Origin: a virus
Taxonomy: Duplodnaviria; Caudoviricetes
DNA length: 64,000 nt
Reading direction: 5' to 3' (one strand)
IMG/VR virus record: IMGVR_UViG_3300002839_000006
Span: 17,703 to 81,702 of that record
Position numbers and translations under genes: made by a program. Within the stretch, counting starts at the first letter, position 1; every line of letters starts with the position of its first letter. A model generated the notes under the pieces. The model was not told where the DNA came from. It did not search any database and was given only the letters and a program-made list of their open reading frames with translations. Positions 46,465 through 56,899 of the stretch are shown here, in pieces.

Positions 46465-47459
46465 AATTCGAGTTGTTTTTTTACTCTAACTTCTATTTCA
46501 GATAATAGTTCGTCGTTGTCATTCAAAAGATCTTTAACTTTTTCAGATCCCTGACCCAACTTGATATCTCCCTCAGCAGAGGGATAACTAAACCAACTTC
46601 CAGATTTTTTTATAATTGTTAATTCCACAGCTAAGTCAATTAACTCTGACAATCTATCAATCCCTTTTGAAAATACAATATCAAATTCTGCAGTTCTAAG
46701 TGGTGGAGCTACTTTGTTTTTTACAACTTTAACTCTAACATGATTAGAAACTGATTCGTCGCCAATCTTGTTTGTAGCGAGTCTTCTTATATCAAGTCTC
46801 TGAGAAGCATAGAACTTTAATGCGTTTCCACCTGTTGTGACTTCTCCAGAACCCCATGTAATTCCGATATTTTGACGAATCTGATTTATAAAGATAACTA
46901 TAGTGTGTGTCTTATTAACACAACCTACAAGCTTTCTCATTGCCTGTCCCATCAGTCTTGCATGAAGACCCATCTTAGAGTCCCCCATCTCCCCATCAAT
47001 CTCAGCTTTGGGAACTAATGCTGCTACTGAATCAATAACAATAATGTCAATCTCACCAGTTCTTATCAGGGTCTCTGTAATTTCAAGTGCCTGCTCTCCA
47101 TTATCTGGTTGGCAGAATAGGAATGCTTCCTTTGAAAGATCAACTCCTAAGTTCTTAGCATACACTTTATCAAAAGCATTTTCGGCATCAATATAGGCAG
47201 CTACGCCTCCATTCTTATGCACTTCTGCAATAGCATGTAGAGCTAAAGTTGACTTTCCACTTGATTCTGGACCATAGATTTCAATGATTCTTCCCTTTGG
47301 GAAACCTCCGCCCAGAGCATAATCAAGTCCCAAGGAGCCAGTAGAAGAAAATTCAACTCCTTCTACATTCTCTTCAAAGTTTACGATACTTCCTCGTCCG
47401 AATTTCTTCTCAATACTGTCAATAGCAGTAGAGATTATTTTCTGTGCTTTTTCATCCAT
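46461..47459 (-). CDS. recA: Recombinase RecA
   Basis: [58 protein letters not shown]. Confidence 0.97.
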   Translation of the reverse strand: MDEKAQKIISTAIDSIEKKFGRGSIVNFEENVEGVEFSSTGSLGLDYALGGGFPKGRIIEIYGPESSGKSTLALHAIAEVHKNGGVAAYIDAENAFDKVYAKNLGVDLSKEAFLFCQPDNGEQALEITETLIRTGEIDIIVIDSVAALVPKAEIDGEMGDSKMGLHARLMGQAMRKLVGCVNKTHTIVIFINQIRQNIGITWGSGEVTTGGNALKFYASQRLDIRRLATNKIGDESVSNHVRVKVVKNKVAPPLRTAEFDIVFSKGIDRLSELIDLAVELTIIKKSGSWFSYPSAEGDIKLGQGSEKVKDLLNDNDELLSEIEVRVKKQLEL

Positions 47460-48505
47460 TATACTGCTAATTTCTTTTGTAAGTAAATTACTCCCTTATC
47501 ATAGTCCTTTTCTTTTTCCTTGCAGAACTCAGCAAATTCATCTATGATGTTGGTGCTGTTGAATTCTTTGATTTCTTGTTCTGCATATTCAATAGTGTCC
47601 TCGATTTCTTTTACCTTAATAGATACTGATATACCAAGTGCGCCAAGTTCCTCTTTGTTGATTGATTTTACTTTATCGGTAGAGCCAATCAGTTCGAACC
47701 TGATATTCTTGTCACTATTTGAATGTGTTTTGATAAGTGTATTAAAATCAGTCTTTGATATAGTGTCCAAGTTGATAGTGATCTTCTCAAATTCTTTGAA
47801 GTCAGATTTAACAAGCTCAGTAGAGCAGTCGTCATATACAACTGTGAAGCCTTTTTCTGGATTCTCGCCAAAGTTGTTTTGTTGAATAGAAGGTATATGA
47901 AAGACGTTGACTCCTACCTGTTGTGCATTATGATAGTGACCGAGAAGTACTAGATCCCATTCTCTAAAGTCGCCTACTGATATGTTACAAGCAACTTTGG
48001 AACCATCGTTGTTGACTGATCCATTCATAGCAATATGAGAAAGGAATATGTTTTTTTTGCCTTTTCGCATTAATGATACTTCTGGAAGAGTTAATTTCTT
48101 ATATTTCTCCAACCAAAGATTTTCTTTAAAATAAGGTAAAAGACAAAAATTCACATCTTCAATTGCAAAATCCATTGATTCGCTTACTAAGTGAAAATAA
48201 GGGTGATGTTTGTAAGGAATTAAATAACTCTTGGCACTTGTATAAAAATTTTTGTCATGATTTCCGGGTATAGCAATGAGTTGAATCTGATATTCTTCAA
48301 ATATTTCAAGTATCTCACTTAATGAAGCAAGTGTCTCCTGTTGTTGCCCTGTTCTGCTCTCAAATATATCCCCTAAACAGAATACTGTTTTAACTCCTAA
48401 TTCTTGAGCTAATTCACATTTCTGGGTAATGAGGAACTTGAGTTGTTTAATGTTATCTTGTTTCAGGTGCCAATCTGTCGAAATGATTGTAATAGGATGT
48501 TTCAT
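47459..48505 (-). CDS. SbcD/Mre11/gp47-like nuclease
   Basis: TDWH, LGDIF, PGNHD, LSH, LGHYH. Confidence 0.9.
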   Translation of the reverse strand: MKHPITIISTDWHLKQDNIKQLKFLITQKCELAQELGVKTVFCLGDIFESRTGQQQETLASLSEILEIFEEYQIQLIAIPGNHDKNFYTSAKSYLIPYKHHPYFHLVSESMDFAIEDVNFCLLPYFKENLWLEKYKKLTLPEVSLMRKGKKNIFLSHIAMNGSVNNDGSKVACNISVGDFREWDLVLLGHYHNAQQVGVNVFHIPSIQQNNFGENPEKGFTVVYDDCSTELVKSDFKEFEKITINLDTISKTDFNTLIKTHSNSDKNIRFELIGSTDKVKSINKEELGALGISVSIKVKEIEDTIEYAEQEIKEFNSTNIIDEFAEFCKEKEKDYDKGVIYLQKKLAV

Positions 48506-48514
48506 AATAATTGT

Positions 48515-48712
48515 TTATTCTATTATTTTTATTCCATTTTCATCAGAAACAAAATTATATCCATTTTTATCTCTAAACGATAAGACATTTTTGACTGTAG
48601 AATCATTCCGATATTTATGTGGAGCTGATTCTATAGCATTTATATATTTCTTATATCGTTTAACATCTTCTTTTATATCGCTACGAGTTATTTCTTTTGT
48701 TTCTTTGTTCAT
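48515..48712 (-). CDS. Hypothetical protein
   Basis: 65-aa ORF. Confidence 0.45.
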   Translation of the reverse strand: MNKETKEITRSDIKEDVKRYKKYINAIESAPHKYRNDSTVKNVLSFRDKNGYNFVSDENGIKIIE

Positions 48713-48721
48713 AATGAAGAT

Positions 48722-48754
48722 TAAAATTAAGGGAGAGTTGTTCTACCTCTCCCT
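48722..48754 (-). terminator. Probable terminator
   Basis: Minus strand AGGGAGAG-GTAGAACAA-CTCTCCCT then TAATTTT. Confidence 0.65.
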
Positions 48755-48771
48755 TTGTGTTTGCGAAATGT

Positions 48772-50169
48772 CTATCCTCTACGTTTTCTTAATGCAGCTA
48801 TCTGAGCAGCCAGTTCATCGTTCTCAGGAACATTGACTACAGATTTAGGTTCAGGTTTCACTTCTTCTTTCTTTACCTCTTTTGCAGCAATATCCTGATA
48901 TGCTTTCTCTACTTTTTGAGTAGCTTGCTCTTCAAGTTTCTCTTCTGATTGATCAAGATCAAAAGGTAATTCTTCACCTTGTTGTACTAAATCATACCAT
49001 ACTATTAGGTCTTCCTTAGAAAGTTCAGGTAATGAATAATCAGCACCATAATTCTCAGCAATGTATTCTTTGATGATACGTTTCATAGCTGGAACAGGTG
49101 TAGAGCTTACTGGAGAAGCATTATTAGTAGGAGCAGGAACATTAGTGTTGGAAGCAGGAGCAGGTTTGTTAGATTTAGTCTCTGCAGGTTTCTCTTTAAT
49201 CATCTCACCTACTTCTTTCTCATCTCTACTTTTATATTCAGGGACAAGTTTTTTAAGTTCAGTAAGTTTCTCAAGGAACTCTTCATTCTCAAAGATCTCA
49301 AACTTGTATTGCTTATCAAATCTCTGTAGACCATCTAAAGCAAGACTGAAGTCCCTGGTAGTATAGACATCTTTGTAAAGCTCAGCAAGTGTTTCTTTAG
49401 TTAGAAATTCAATTAATTGGTCATCGTTAAGCTGTGTCCTCTTGAAGAAGTCATCCCAGGATTCTTTCTTAGTAGGAAGTTCACAAGACACATTATATTC
49501 CATCTTATCTTTATCGTTCTTCTCTTTGATAATAATAAGTGGATATCCCTCATCGGGTGCAGTAAAGATATCAGGAATAATCTCAGCATCATCATCTGCT
49601 TGTGCTACTGATACTTTCTTCATATCATCTAAGATAGAAGGGTAAAGTTCAAGACGTCCAAGCTCACCCTTTGAGTTCCATACATAGCATACGTATGTCA
49701 CAGAGGGTTTGATGCCCCAGTTCCACTTCTTGTCTTTACCTCTCCATCCTGTGATAGGCGATAAGAACTTTGATCTCTCATCTTTATCTTGGATCTCATC
49801 GGTAGCTCTCTTGTTGACGAACTCAATGTAGAGCAGGATAGGGTCACTCTGAAGTGTAGTAGAATGTTGGGTAGCTATGAAGATGTTTTTCCTCTTCATC
49901 TCTTTCTTGCCAGTCTCTTTGCCATCATTGTCAATCTCGGAAACTTCACACTCTAAGATGACTGTTGACTTAGCACGATAGGCTGGCTCATTTGTGTTGT
50001 GTGATGGAGCAATGCGAAATACGTTCTTGCCATCCTCGATGTTGAAGAATCCTGCTCGTCCCGAGTAATTGCCGGACTGAGGGATAGCAGCCTCTGCTCT
50101 CTTCTCCTCTTCCTTGATTGAATTGATCGTCCCACCTTGGAACCTATTTCTGTTAAAAACTTCTGCCAT
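48772..50169 (-). CDS. Phage gp32-like single-stranded DNA-binding protein (probable)
   Basis: FF.I.DG.N.FRI.P, DPI..Y, P..GY.LII.K...Y.V pattern, long acidic/low-complexity tail, and position between SbcD and the UvsY-like gene. Confidence 0.6.
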   Translation of the reverse strand: MAEVFNRNRFQGGTINSIKEEEKRAEAAIPQSGNYSGRAGFFNIEDGKNVFRIAPSHNTNEPAYRAKSTVILECEVSEIDNDGKETGKKEMKRKNIFIATQHSTTLQSDPILLYIEFVNKRATDEIQDKDERSKFLSPITGWRGKDKKWNWGIKPSVTYVCYVWNSKGELGRLELYPSILDDMKKVSVAQADDDAEIIPDIFTAPDEGYPLIIIKEKNDKDKMEYNVSCELPTKKESWDDFFKRTQLNDDQLIEFLTKETLAELYKDVYTTRDFSLALDGLQRFDKQYKFEIFENEEFLEKLTELKKLVPEYKSRDEKEVGEMIKEKPAETKSNKPAPASNTNVPAPTNNASPVSSTPVPAMKRIIKEYIAENYGADYSLPELSKEDLIVWYDLVQQGEELPFDLDQSEEKLEEQATQKVEKAYQDIAAKEVKKEEVKPEPKSVVNVPENDELAAQIAALRKRRG

Positions 50170-50223
50170 TTTAATTATATTAAATTGTTTATTAATTATA
50201 TTTGTTTACTCGTCTGAGTCTCT

Positions 50224-50430
50224 TTATTCGCTAATATCCCAATCTTCTAGTGCGCCTTGCATTATTTTAGATATACTGATTTCTGGATTTTCTTGTGCTT
50301 CATATAAAGCCATAAGAACGACTTCTACGGTTAGACCGTATTTCAATGCAATATTTAATGCATTCATAACAGCGCTTCCATCTTCATCTGTTTGTTCTGA
50401 ACTTCTTTCTTTTATTGTCATTTTATTCAA
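50224..50430 (-). CDS. Hypothetical protein
   Basis: 68-aa ORF. Confidence 0.5.
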   Translation of the reverse strand: MNKMTIKERSSEQTDEDGSAVMNALNIALKYGLTVEVVLMALYEAQENPEISISKIMQGALEDWDISE

Positions 50431-50971
50431 GTGTTACTTTCTTAATCATTATACCATTAACTGATCCCTCAATTATCTCATTGCAAAAATCAGCAGGGGT
50501 AGTAGGTTTCATTATGACTGATAGCTTCTTATCCTTAGATTGTATTGACCAATATAGGGAATCCATGAAAGCAAGATTCTTCTGTGCTTCTATCACTCCC
50601 TTTTTCTTATTCTGGTAGGCTATATCAAGCAATATAGCTGATTTGAGTGACTCCTCTGTAAGTTTTATAGAAGTCTCACCAATACCATCGGGTATAGTAA
50701 ACTTCCCCGAGTTAATATTTGCTTCCCTACGGTACTGTTTTGCAAGGTTAGCTTCATATATATCACACTCAAGTTTCTTATGTGAATAAGCTGCTTCAGT
50801 TTCTGCCTTTAGAATACCTATACGATTGAGGAGTGCTGATACTGTGACTATCTCTCCAAAGAGATTATCATATTGGATAGATGTCAGTTCATCAACATCT
50901 ATTTCTTCATCAAAATCACCGAATGAAAGAATCACTGCTTTACCCCCGAAGGGAACTACTACTTTGCTCAT
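50423..50971 (-). CDS. UvsY-like recombination mediator (probable)
   Basis: Helical protein with LTE...KS.I..D..Y...K...I.A......L....K...L pattern, located beside the SSB/RecA genes. Confidence 0.5.
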   Translation of the reverse strand: MSKVVVPFGGKAVILSFGDFDEEIDVDELTSIQYDNLFGEIVTVSALLNRIGILKAETEAAYSHKKLECDIYEANLAKQYRREANINSGKFTIPDGIGETSIKLTEESLKSAILLDIAYQNKKKGVIEAQKNLAFMDSLYWSIQSKDKKLSVIMKPTTPADFCNEIIEGSVNGIMIKKVTLE

Positions 50972-51125
50972 TTTTTCTATTTTTATACCTGCTCCAATAA
51001 TCGATGGCTATGTCTTTCATAGCTATCTCAATTAGAACTGCTGATTCTGGGAATTTGTTTTTGAACGTATCCCAGTCTATTCCTTTATTAAGATACTTTT
51101 GAACTTTACTTTCTAAATCTTTCAT
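50940..51125 (-). CDS. Hypothetical protein
   Basis: 61 aa; first gene after the box at 51145. Confidence 0.45.
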   Translation of the reverse strand: MKDLESKVQKYLNKGIDWDTFKNKFPESAVLIEIAMKDIAIDYWSRYKNRKNEQSSSSLRG

Positions 51126-51194
51126 TTAAATTATTTTTACGATGTAAAATTACAAATTAAATCCTTACGAAAATATAAATTTTATACTTCTAGA

Positions 51195-51217
51195 TTATTT
51201 ATATAGAGTATAAACTA
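51195..51217. promoter_or_regulatory. Degenerate 23-bp palindromic site, 50 bp from TAAAATT box at 51145
   Basis: TTATTTATAT-AGA-GTATAAACTA. Confidence 0.45.
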
Positions 51218-51232
51218 TCGCTTAAGACGAAG

Positions 51233-51949
51233 TTAATAAGTTATATCGTCAAATAAGATAGAGATTCTATTCTGGAACTCTTTCAATAGAGGTCTCATCA
51301 GTTCTTGCATCTGTGGATGAGCAGCGTTGGCAGTTCTTTGTCTGAATATTTCTCTCCACTCCCGGATATTGGCTGACATATTAATCTCAGTCTTTAGAGA
51401 GTTAGGTAATACTGCTCTAGCCTGCTGAGGAGTCCAGCCAGTATTAACCATCATTTTATAAGAACTTTCACATTGATCTAATGCAACTAAAAATGAATTA
51501 AGCTTAGTGTCTTCTTTCATTTGTTCATTTGACACCATTATCTCCATTTTTGATACGTCGCAATAGTCGCCATCCCACCAGACATATTGTCCTTCTGGAA
51601 TATTTAGCCAACATGGAATGATAAAAGTAACTTCCCCATTACTGAACTTATCATCTGTATAATTGCAGAATCTTGTGCTTTCTTGAGCAAAAGAAGCTAA
51701 TCTATGCCGAACTAATTCATGTGATACGCCTCTGTCGCAGACAAATTTGACTGTAATCATTCCACCGAATTCAAGCATGGCATTATGTCCTCTAGCCATT
51801 AAAACATTCTTGATAAGTTTTTCAGCAGAACCAGGAGCTATTCTATCTTCTGACTTATAACAGGTTCTTGCTGCTAGTTCAATTTGATTCAGAATCTGTT
51901 CTCCATTAATAGGAGTGATGATCTCGAAATATGGTTTTATTAGTCTCAT
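51233..51949 (-). CDS. thyX: Flavin-dependent thymidylate synthase
   Basis: GH.A.LE, DRGVSHELVRHR.ASFAQESTR, QQAR.VLP, N.REW..I..QR, AHPQM. Confidence 0.93.
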   Translation of the reverse strand: MRLIKPYFEIITPINGEQILNQIELAARTCYKSEDRIAPGSAEKLIKNVLMARGHNAMLEFGGMITVKFVCDRGVSHELVRHRLASFAQESTRFCNYTDDKFSNGEVTFIIPCWLNIPEGQYVWWDGDYCDVSKMEIMVSNEQMKEDTKLNSFLVALDQCESSYKMMVNTGWTPQQARAVLPNSLKTEINMSANIREWREIFRQRTANAAHPQMQELMRPLLKEFQNRISILFDDITY

Positions 51950-52275
51950 TCTTTTATGTAGTAGATTGGTTTATTATAAACATCTGCTAGAGTCAATTCT
52001 CCAGCAATTCCTTGACTATTTCTAACTCTCTCCTCGCCCTGATTCTTCATTATGACTACGGCCAATTGGTCGCACCACTCGATAAATGATTCATCGAAAG
52101 TCTTCCAGTACTGCCATCCTTTGGGAAGATCTCCCGATAAAGCAATGGGATGAGTGTGCGAGATGGGAGAGAAGACGATGTGACCCTCTAGCATGAGTTC
52201 TGCTGCGATCTTATTGGCTACTGAGAAGCTCTCCTCTTCGAAGCCACTATAGGGTATTGCTAGATAGATCTTCAT
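51946..52275 (-). CDS. DUF1937 / nucleoside-deoxyribosyltransferase-like protein
   Basis: IYLA.PYS...A..L...G..VFSPISH.H...W...D..F...CD...S.G...E. Confidence 0.75.
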   Translation of the reverse strand: MKIYLAIPYSGFEEESFSVANKIAAELMLEGHIVFSPISHTHPIALSGDLPKGWQYWKTFDESFIEWCDQLAVVIMKNQGEERVRNSQGIAGELTLADVYNKPIYYIKE

Positions 52276-52595
52276 ATTCCCTCTTTCTTTGATTTGATAT
52301 AGCCAGCCATCAATATCGAGTAGTTTGCGAGGTCCAACAATGTGTCCTCGATCTTCTCGTCTGCTACGTTAAGCACGCCCTGCTGGACGAACGAATTGAC
52401 TCGAGACACCTTATCCATCATCCGAGTCAGGAAGCCCTGTTCTGCGGACGCTATACCGATATTCTCGACCAGCTTGAAATTGGCGAAACAGTCGTCCTTG
52501 CTGAAGCCAGCATAGTCGTGATTCTTGGACGCCACGATAGATTTGAGTTTATCTAAACACTCTTGGTGATAGGTTAGAAATTCTTGATTTGTCAT
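52272..52595 (-). CDS. DUF1599 / nucleotide-modification-associated domain 1 protein
   Basis: KNHDY...NF...RM.DK..R...E..EDTL.DLANY.I. Confidence 0.8.
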   Translation of the reverse strand: MTNQEFLTYHQECLDKLKSIVASKNHDYAGFSKDDCFANFKLVENIGIASAEQGFLTRMMDKVSRVNSFVQQGVLNVADEKIEDTLLDLANYSILMAGYIKSKKEGI

Positions 52596-52599
52596 ATAT

Positions 52600-55500
52600 T
52601 TATTTTAAGATTACTAATTCGCTGTTGTCCCAGAACTTGCATGCGTTCTCTTTCTTGTAGGTGTCGAGTTTGATCATCCCTGTGAGCAGTAGGATGTTGC
52701 CCTCCTGTCCTATCAGCTCGATGCCAGATTTTGTGAGCTGCTGATACTGGCAGGGAAATATAGACACCCAGATGAATGTGTAGTTGCTCTCAATCCTGAT
52801 CGAGCAGTATTTGCCACTCTTCTTGGATGTCCGCTCAATCACCTCTACTATGTAGCCGCCTATCGAGTAGTAGATGTTACTTAGCGACTCTGACTGCCAC
52901 TCATCCTGATCGAGATACTTTCCATCTGTCAGATACTTGTCGCACATAGTCTTGTAGTCGAAGAATGCTATGCCAGTCAGCCTCTTCTGCCTGAGGTCCC
53001 ACCACCAGTCATCGGAGATGTCCTTCTCGCTCAGCGTCATGAGATCCTTCTCGGCATCTATCTTAGTCTTCTTCTCAGTCCGGTAGAAGTCTATCAGTCG
53101 CTTGCGCTTGAGAGAGTCCTCTATCTCCTCGACCTTGTCGAATGCACCTGAGAATATGAGATTCTCTACATGAGTCTTGTTGACCTTGCTGCCCTTGAAA
53201 GTGTGCCTGCTCAGGAACTCCTCGAAGCTGAAATATGGTCCATTCTCATCCCTATCTTTCATGATCTGCTCAGCAGCAACTCCACCGACTGACTTGATGC
53301 TCGTGAGCGCCCAGTAGATGGTGTTCTTCTTGAAGTTCGAAGTCATATCGAACAGCGACTCATTGATGTCGGGTGGAGATATCTTTATGGCTCCAGTGGC
53401 ATGGATCTCAGATATGAAATCAGCTACCAATTCATCTTTAGCAAACTTGAATGCTGTGGTCCAGAATTCGATTGGGTGATTGACCTTAAACCACTGACTA
53501 ATATACCCAGTTATCGCATAGGCAGCCGCATGGCTGGCATTAAACCCGTAACCCGCAAACGCTTCTAGCTTATCCCAGATCTTTTCTGCAACACTTGCTT
53601 CGCATCCATTTGCTACAGCTCCCAAAACAAATTTATCATGATAGATATAGAACTGATCTCTAAACTGTTTCTTTCCCCTGCCAAGCATCACTTTTCTCAT
53701 CATGTCTGCCTCAACTAAAGTGAATCCGCCAAGTACCTGAGCAGCCCTCATTGTCTGTTCTTGGTAGATATATAGACCGTAAGTCTTTTTAGTCACACTT
53801 TCAAGCATATAGTCGTATTCAGGCTCTTTCATACCCCATTTAATCATCACAAAGTCATTGTGAGCATTAGATTTCATGGCGCCAGGACGATATAATGCAT
53901 TGGTTGCGCTGAGCTCTTCCATCGAATCAGGCTTCAATTCTTTAGTATATTTCTTCAGTCCCTGAGTCCCGAACTGGAACACATCAGAGTTCCACCCCTT
54001 TCCAAAGTACCTATATACAGCATCGTCATCTAATGGTATCTTCTTGAAGTCGATCTTTATCCCCTTGTTCTCCTCTATGAGCTTTATGCAGCTGGCGAAC
54101 TTATCCAATTGTTGAATACCTAATATATCTTCTTTTAAGAATCCTGCTTTGTCCAGCTGAATGCCCTCCCACTCGCTGACGAGCAGCTCCTCTCCATCTT
54201 TAGATAGGACCTTCTTGACTGGGAACCAGTGATAGATGTCCTTGTCTGCTGGAGTGATGATGGTGGCGCATGCATGGACTGATCCAGATCTAGGCTGCAT
54301 CAGACACAATTTAGCGTCGTGAACTATGTCTGGATTGCGCATCACAAAGTCCTTCAGTTTCTGAGACTTAGATGCAAGATGGAATATCTCAGACCAATCG
54401 GTGCCGTCCTTCTCTCCCTCTCCGAGTATGCTTGTCATCATCTTGACCTCCTGAATAGGAATGTTGCTACGTTTTGCAAGGTCTGTGAATATCATCTTCA
54501 GTTTCAGGTTGCCGTATGTCCCTACAGAGCACACCTGATCGTATCCGAATCTCTGCTCCATATAGTGCTTTACCTCATCCCTTCTCAGTCCCTCAAAGTC
54601 TGAGTCAATGTCAGGGATTGATTTCTTGACCCTATTCTCATTCAAGAACCTCTCGAACAGGAGGTCGTACTCGAATGGATCGATGTTGGTTATCCCCAAT
54701 AGGTATGCGATGAGACTTCCAGCAGATGATCCTCGGCCATATCCGACTAATATGTTCTGTTTGCCGCACCAGTCTATGATATCCCATAGGATGAGGAAGT
54801 AATCAATCAGATTCTGGCCCTTCATGATGACTGAATACTCTATCTCAATCCTGTCCAGATATTTCTCTCTGTCCTCGTCCGAGCATTTCTCATCCATCCC
54901 CTCGCCTATGAGGCCCCAGAATAGGTCTATCTTATCCTTATACTTCGTTAACTGCTCCTCTGTTAGTACATAGTCAGGCAGATAGAAGTGCTCTGTATCG
55001 ATCTGGAAGTTGCAGATCTCAGACAGTGTGTTGGCATTCTTGATGGCTTTTGATGCTATATCGTAGAACGACTCATCCTCTGTAGAGAATAACAGCTCTA
55101 ACTCTGCCAGATAGTCATCGGCGTCTTTGAAATACTGGTTGGATGACTCATACTCCCTGACTCCAGATATCCCATTCAGCGTCTTCTTTATGTGGCTGTG
55201 ATCCCTATCTAGGTAGAATGCATCGCATATGAATATCGGCTTCAGGCTGCCATCTCTGACAAACGCCTTTAGATTCAGAAGATACTCCTGATCTTTGGAC
55301 TGATCATTATATATGACAGTATCCAGCTGATAGTACTTCATGTAGCTCCTCATCCTGCCCAATTTATCATATGATCCACTCTTTGGATCTACGATCACTA
55401 TCACATCCTCCAAGAGCTCTATGAACCTATCCTCGTATATGAACTTGTTGTTGATGACATTGACCTCTTTGTTGATCATCAGTAGGTTGGTCCAGCCAGT

Positions 55501-56040
55501 CTCTGACTTTGCGAAGCACTTGATATCCTGCTTGTAATCTTCGCCCTTCCTGACGACAGTGTAAGTCGCTCCAAGTATCGGCTTGATATCGAGGTTCTTG
55601 CACTCAATCTGAAACTTGAGAGCTCCAGCCAATGTGTTCTTCTCTATGATGCCGAGAGATTTGACTCCCAAGAACTTTGCTTTAGCGCACCAGTCCTCAT
55701 AGATTCTAGAGCCATTGAGTATCTCATACGCCCCTCTGACTCCAAGAAAAGCATCAGTCTCTATCTCTCTCTTCGACTGGCCAATATATCTGAGCTCTTT
55801 GAATGTCGGTTTATCCTTGTCTGCTTTGTTTATGTAGTAGTAGTCCCCACCGAATCTAAATGCATAATTGTCGCAGTCTGTATCATCTGCTTGTAGATGC
55901 AGGTCATCATCGAATAGCCTGCCAGTGGAGTCTGGCCAGATGAACTCGAAAGTCTGATCTGCTATCTTGAACTTGCTCTTGATCTCGAGAGTCTCATAGT
56001 CCAGCTTGTTGTCCTCTAGATGTCTTATCAGTTTCTCCAT
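52600..56040 (-). CDS. dnaE: DNA polymerase III alpha subunit (phage DnaE)
   Basis: GRGSSAGSLIAYLLGIT..DP, FERFLN, PDIDSDF, K.DILG, GVFQF-like VFQFG, IYQEQ, YGFN.SHA.AY; start moved to MEKLIRH (56040). Confidence 0.95.
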   Translation of the reverse strand: MEKLIRHLEDNKLDYETLEIKSKFKIADQTFEFIWPDSTGRLFDDDLHLQADDTDCDNYAFRFGGDYYYINKADKDKPTFKELRYIGQSKREIETDAFLGVRGAYEILNGSRIYEDWCAKAKFLGVKSLGIIEKNTLAGALKFQIECKNLDIKPILGATYTVVRKGEDYKQDIKCFAKSETGWTNLLMINKEVNVINNKFIYEDRFIELLEDVIVIVDPKSGSYDKLGRMRSYMKYYQLDTVIYNDQSKDQEYLLNLKAFVRDGSLKPIFICDAFYLDRDHSHIKKTLNGISGVREYESSNQYFKDADDYLAELELLFSTEDESFYDIASKAIKNANTLSEICNFQIDTEHFYLPDYVLTEEQLTKYKDKIDLFWGLIGEGMDEKCSDEDREKYLDRIEIEYSVIMKGQNLIDYFLILWDIIDWCGKQNILVGYGRGSSAGSLIAYLLGITNIDPFEYDLLFERFLNENRVKKSIPDIDSDFEGLRRDEVKHYMEQRFGYDQVCSVGTYGNLKLKMIFTDLAKRSNIPIQEVKMMTSILGEGEKDGTDWSEIFHLASKSQKLKDFVMRNPDIVHDAKLCLMQPRSGSVHACATIITPADKDIYHWFPVKKVLSKDGEELLVSEWEGIQLDKAGFLKEDILGIQQLDKFASCIKLIEENKGIKIDFKKIPLDDDAVYRYFGKGWNSDVFQFGTQGLKKYTKELKPDSMEELSATNALYRPGAMKSNAHNDFVMIKWGMKEPEYDYMLESVTKKTYGLYIYQEQTMRAAQVLGGFTLVEADMMRKVMLGRGKKQFRDQFYIYHDKFVLGAVANGCEASVAEKIWDKLEAFAGYGFNASHAAAYAITGYISQWFKVNHPIEFWTTAFKFAKDELVADFISEIHATGAIKISPPDINESLFDMTSNFKKNTIYWALTSIKSVGGVAAEQIMKDRDENGPYFSFEEFLSRHTFKGSKVNKTHVENLIFSGAFDKVEEIEDSLKRKRLIDFYRTEKKTKIDAEKDLMTLSEKDISDDWWWDLRQKRLTGIAFFDYKTMCDKYLTDGKYLDQDEWQSESLSNIYYSIGGYIVEVIERTSKKSGKYCSIRIESNYTFIWVSIFPCQYQQLTKSGIELIGQEGNILLLTGMIKLDTYKKENACKFWDNSELVILK

Positions 56041-56041
56041 C

Positions 56042-56899
56042 CTATAGATATAGATGAAAGTTTCCAACAAATACTGCAACTCGATAATCATCAACGCCCT
56101 CAATAGCTTTTATGACTTCGAGAGACATGAGAGCGAATATCTCGCAGTCCATCTCCACTTTATCAATGTCCTGAGACCTCTGGTAGACTGTGGTGAATAG
56201 GATGTCGTCTTTGATCTGGAACTGAATAGATACTGTGCAGTTTGGCAATGGATCGCTCTGATCGAACTGAATGATCGCCTGTCGACTCGTATTGTCTCTC
56301 TCAAGTCGCTTTATGGCGTCTCTTAGAGCAGTTCTATACATGATCAACTTATCCTTCACATAGGGAAGTCTATCATCTGTGATGCGCCAGAATACGTTGG
56401 AGAAGAAATGATACGAGTGGTTCAGTATCTCTTTGACTCTACAACCAACAGTGACTCTCTCGACTCCGCATAATTCTAGATACTTTCTCATTCCCTCTAC
56501 GAACACATCTCCCGTCTCAATCTTTGAGAGATAGGATGAGATCTCTTTGTCTTCTGGCTTGACATCATTATTCCTGCATATGAAGACATCTGCTGATTCG
56601 CAAGCATAGCTCCCTAGTCCAGGATACCCTATGACTGAGTCCTTCATAACATCTACATCTTCAGTGAAAGATGCTACGAAAGCTTTTATTCTCTTTGCCT
56701 TCACATTCTGCATCCCCAAACTCTCAATCTCTCCTGCCAGAGTATTCTCATCTATGTCCCTTAAGTCATTGAGAGTAGGAAACGTCCTGAAGAACTCTCT
56801 CATCATCTTCTTGACTTGCACTCCAGTAGTCTGGTTGAGCAGGATGCAGCAGACGAGCATCTTCCATGGCTCGCGCCTGTATATGTCTTGTATCATCAT
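56042..56899 (-). CDS. Fusion of an MBD4-like HhH-GPD glycosylase (N) and a compact thymidylate-synthase-like domain (C)
   Basis: N: PWKMLVCCILLNQT...FP...LG....KAK.I...PGLG.YA..S..F...PED. C: SRQAII...PNCT...QFQI...VYQRSQD...D...GNFHLY. Confidence 0.8.
   Translation of the reverse strand: MMIQDIYRREPWKMLVCCILLNQTTGVQVKKMMREFFRTFPTLNDLRDIDENTLAGEIESLGMQNVKAKRIKAFVASFTEDVDVMKDSVIGYPGLGSYACESADVFICRNNDVKPEDKEISSYLSKIETGDVFVEGMRKYLELCGVERVTVGCRVKEILNHSYHFFSNVFWRITDDRLPYVKDKLIMYRTALRDAIKRLERDNTSRQAIIQFDQSDPLPNCTVSIQFQIKDDILFTTVYQRSQDIDKVEMDCEIFALMSLEVIKAIEGVDDYRVAVFVGNFHLYL

Noticed and set aside
12281-48728. Every TAAAATT box as a promoter (12281, 14182, 28891, 35778, 43309, 48722)
   Set aside because: These copies lack the phased palindrome, and two lie only a few nt from a start codon, so they may be ordinary AT-rich translation leaders.
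23431-56040. Inteins or group I introns in nrdJ, ligA, recA, the helicase or dnaE
   Set aside because: Protein lengths and motif spacing are normal, with no intein C/S...HN signatures and no split reading frames.
56040-56103. Longer dnaE start at 56103 (and similar extended starts at 19881, 27319, 34502, 38853, 39091)
   Set aside because: The extensions overlap upstream genes. Downstream Mets give stop-start coupling, so the shorter starts were used.
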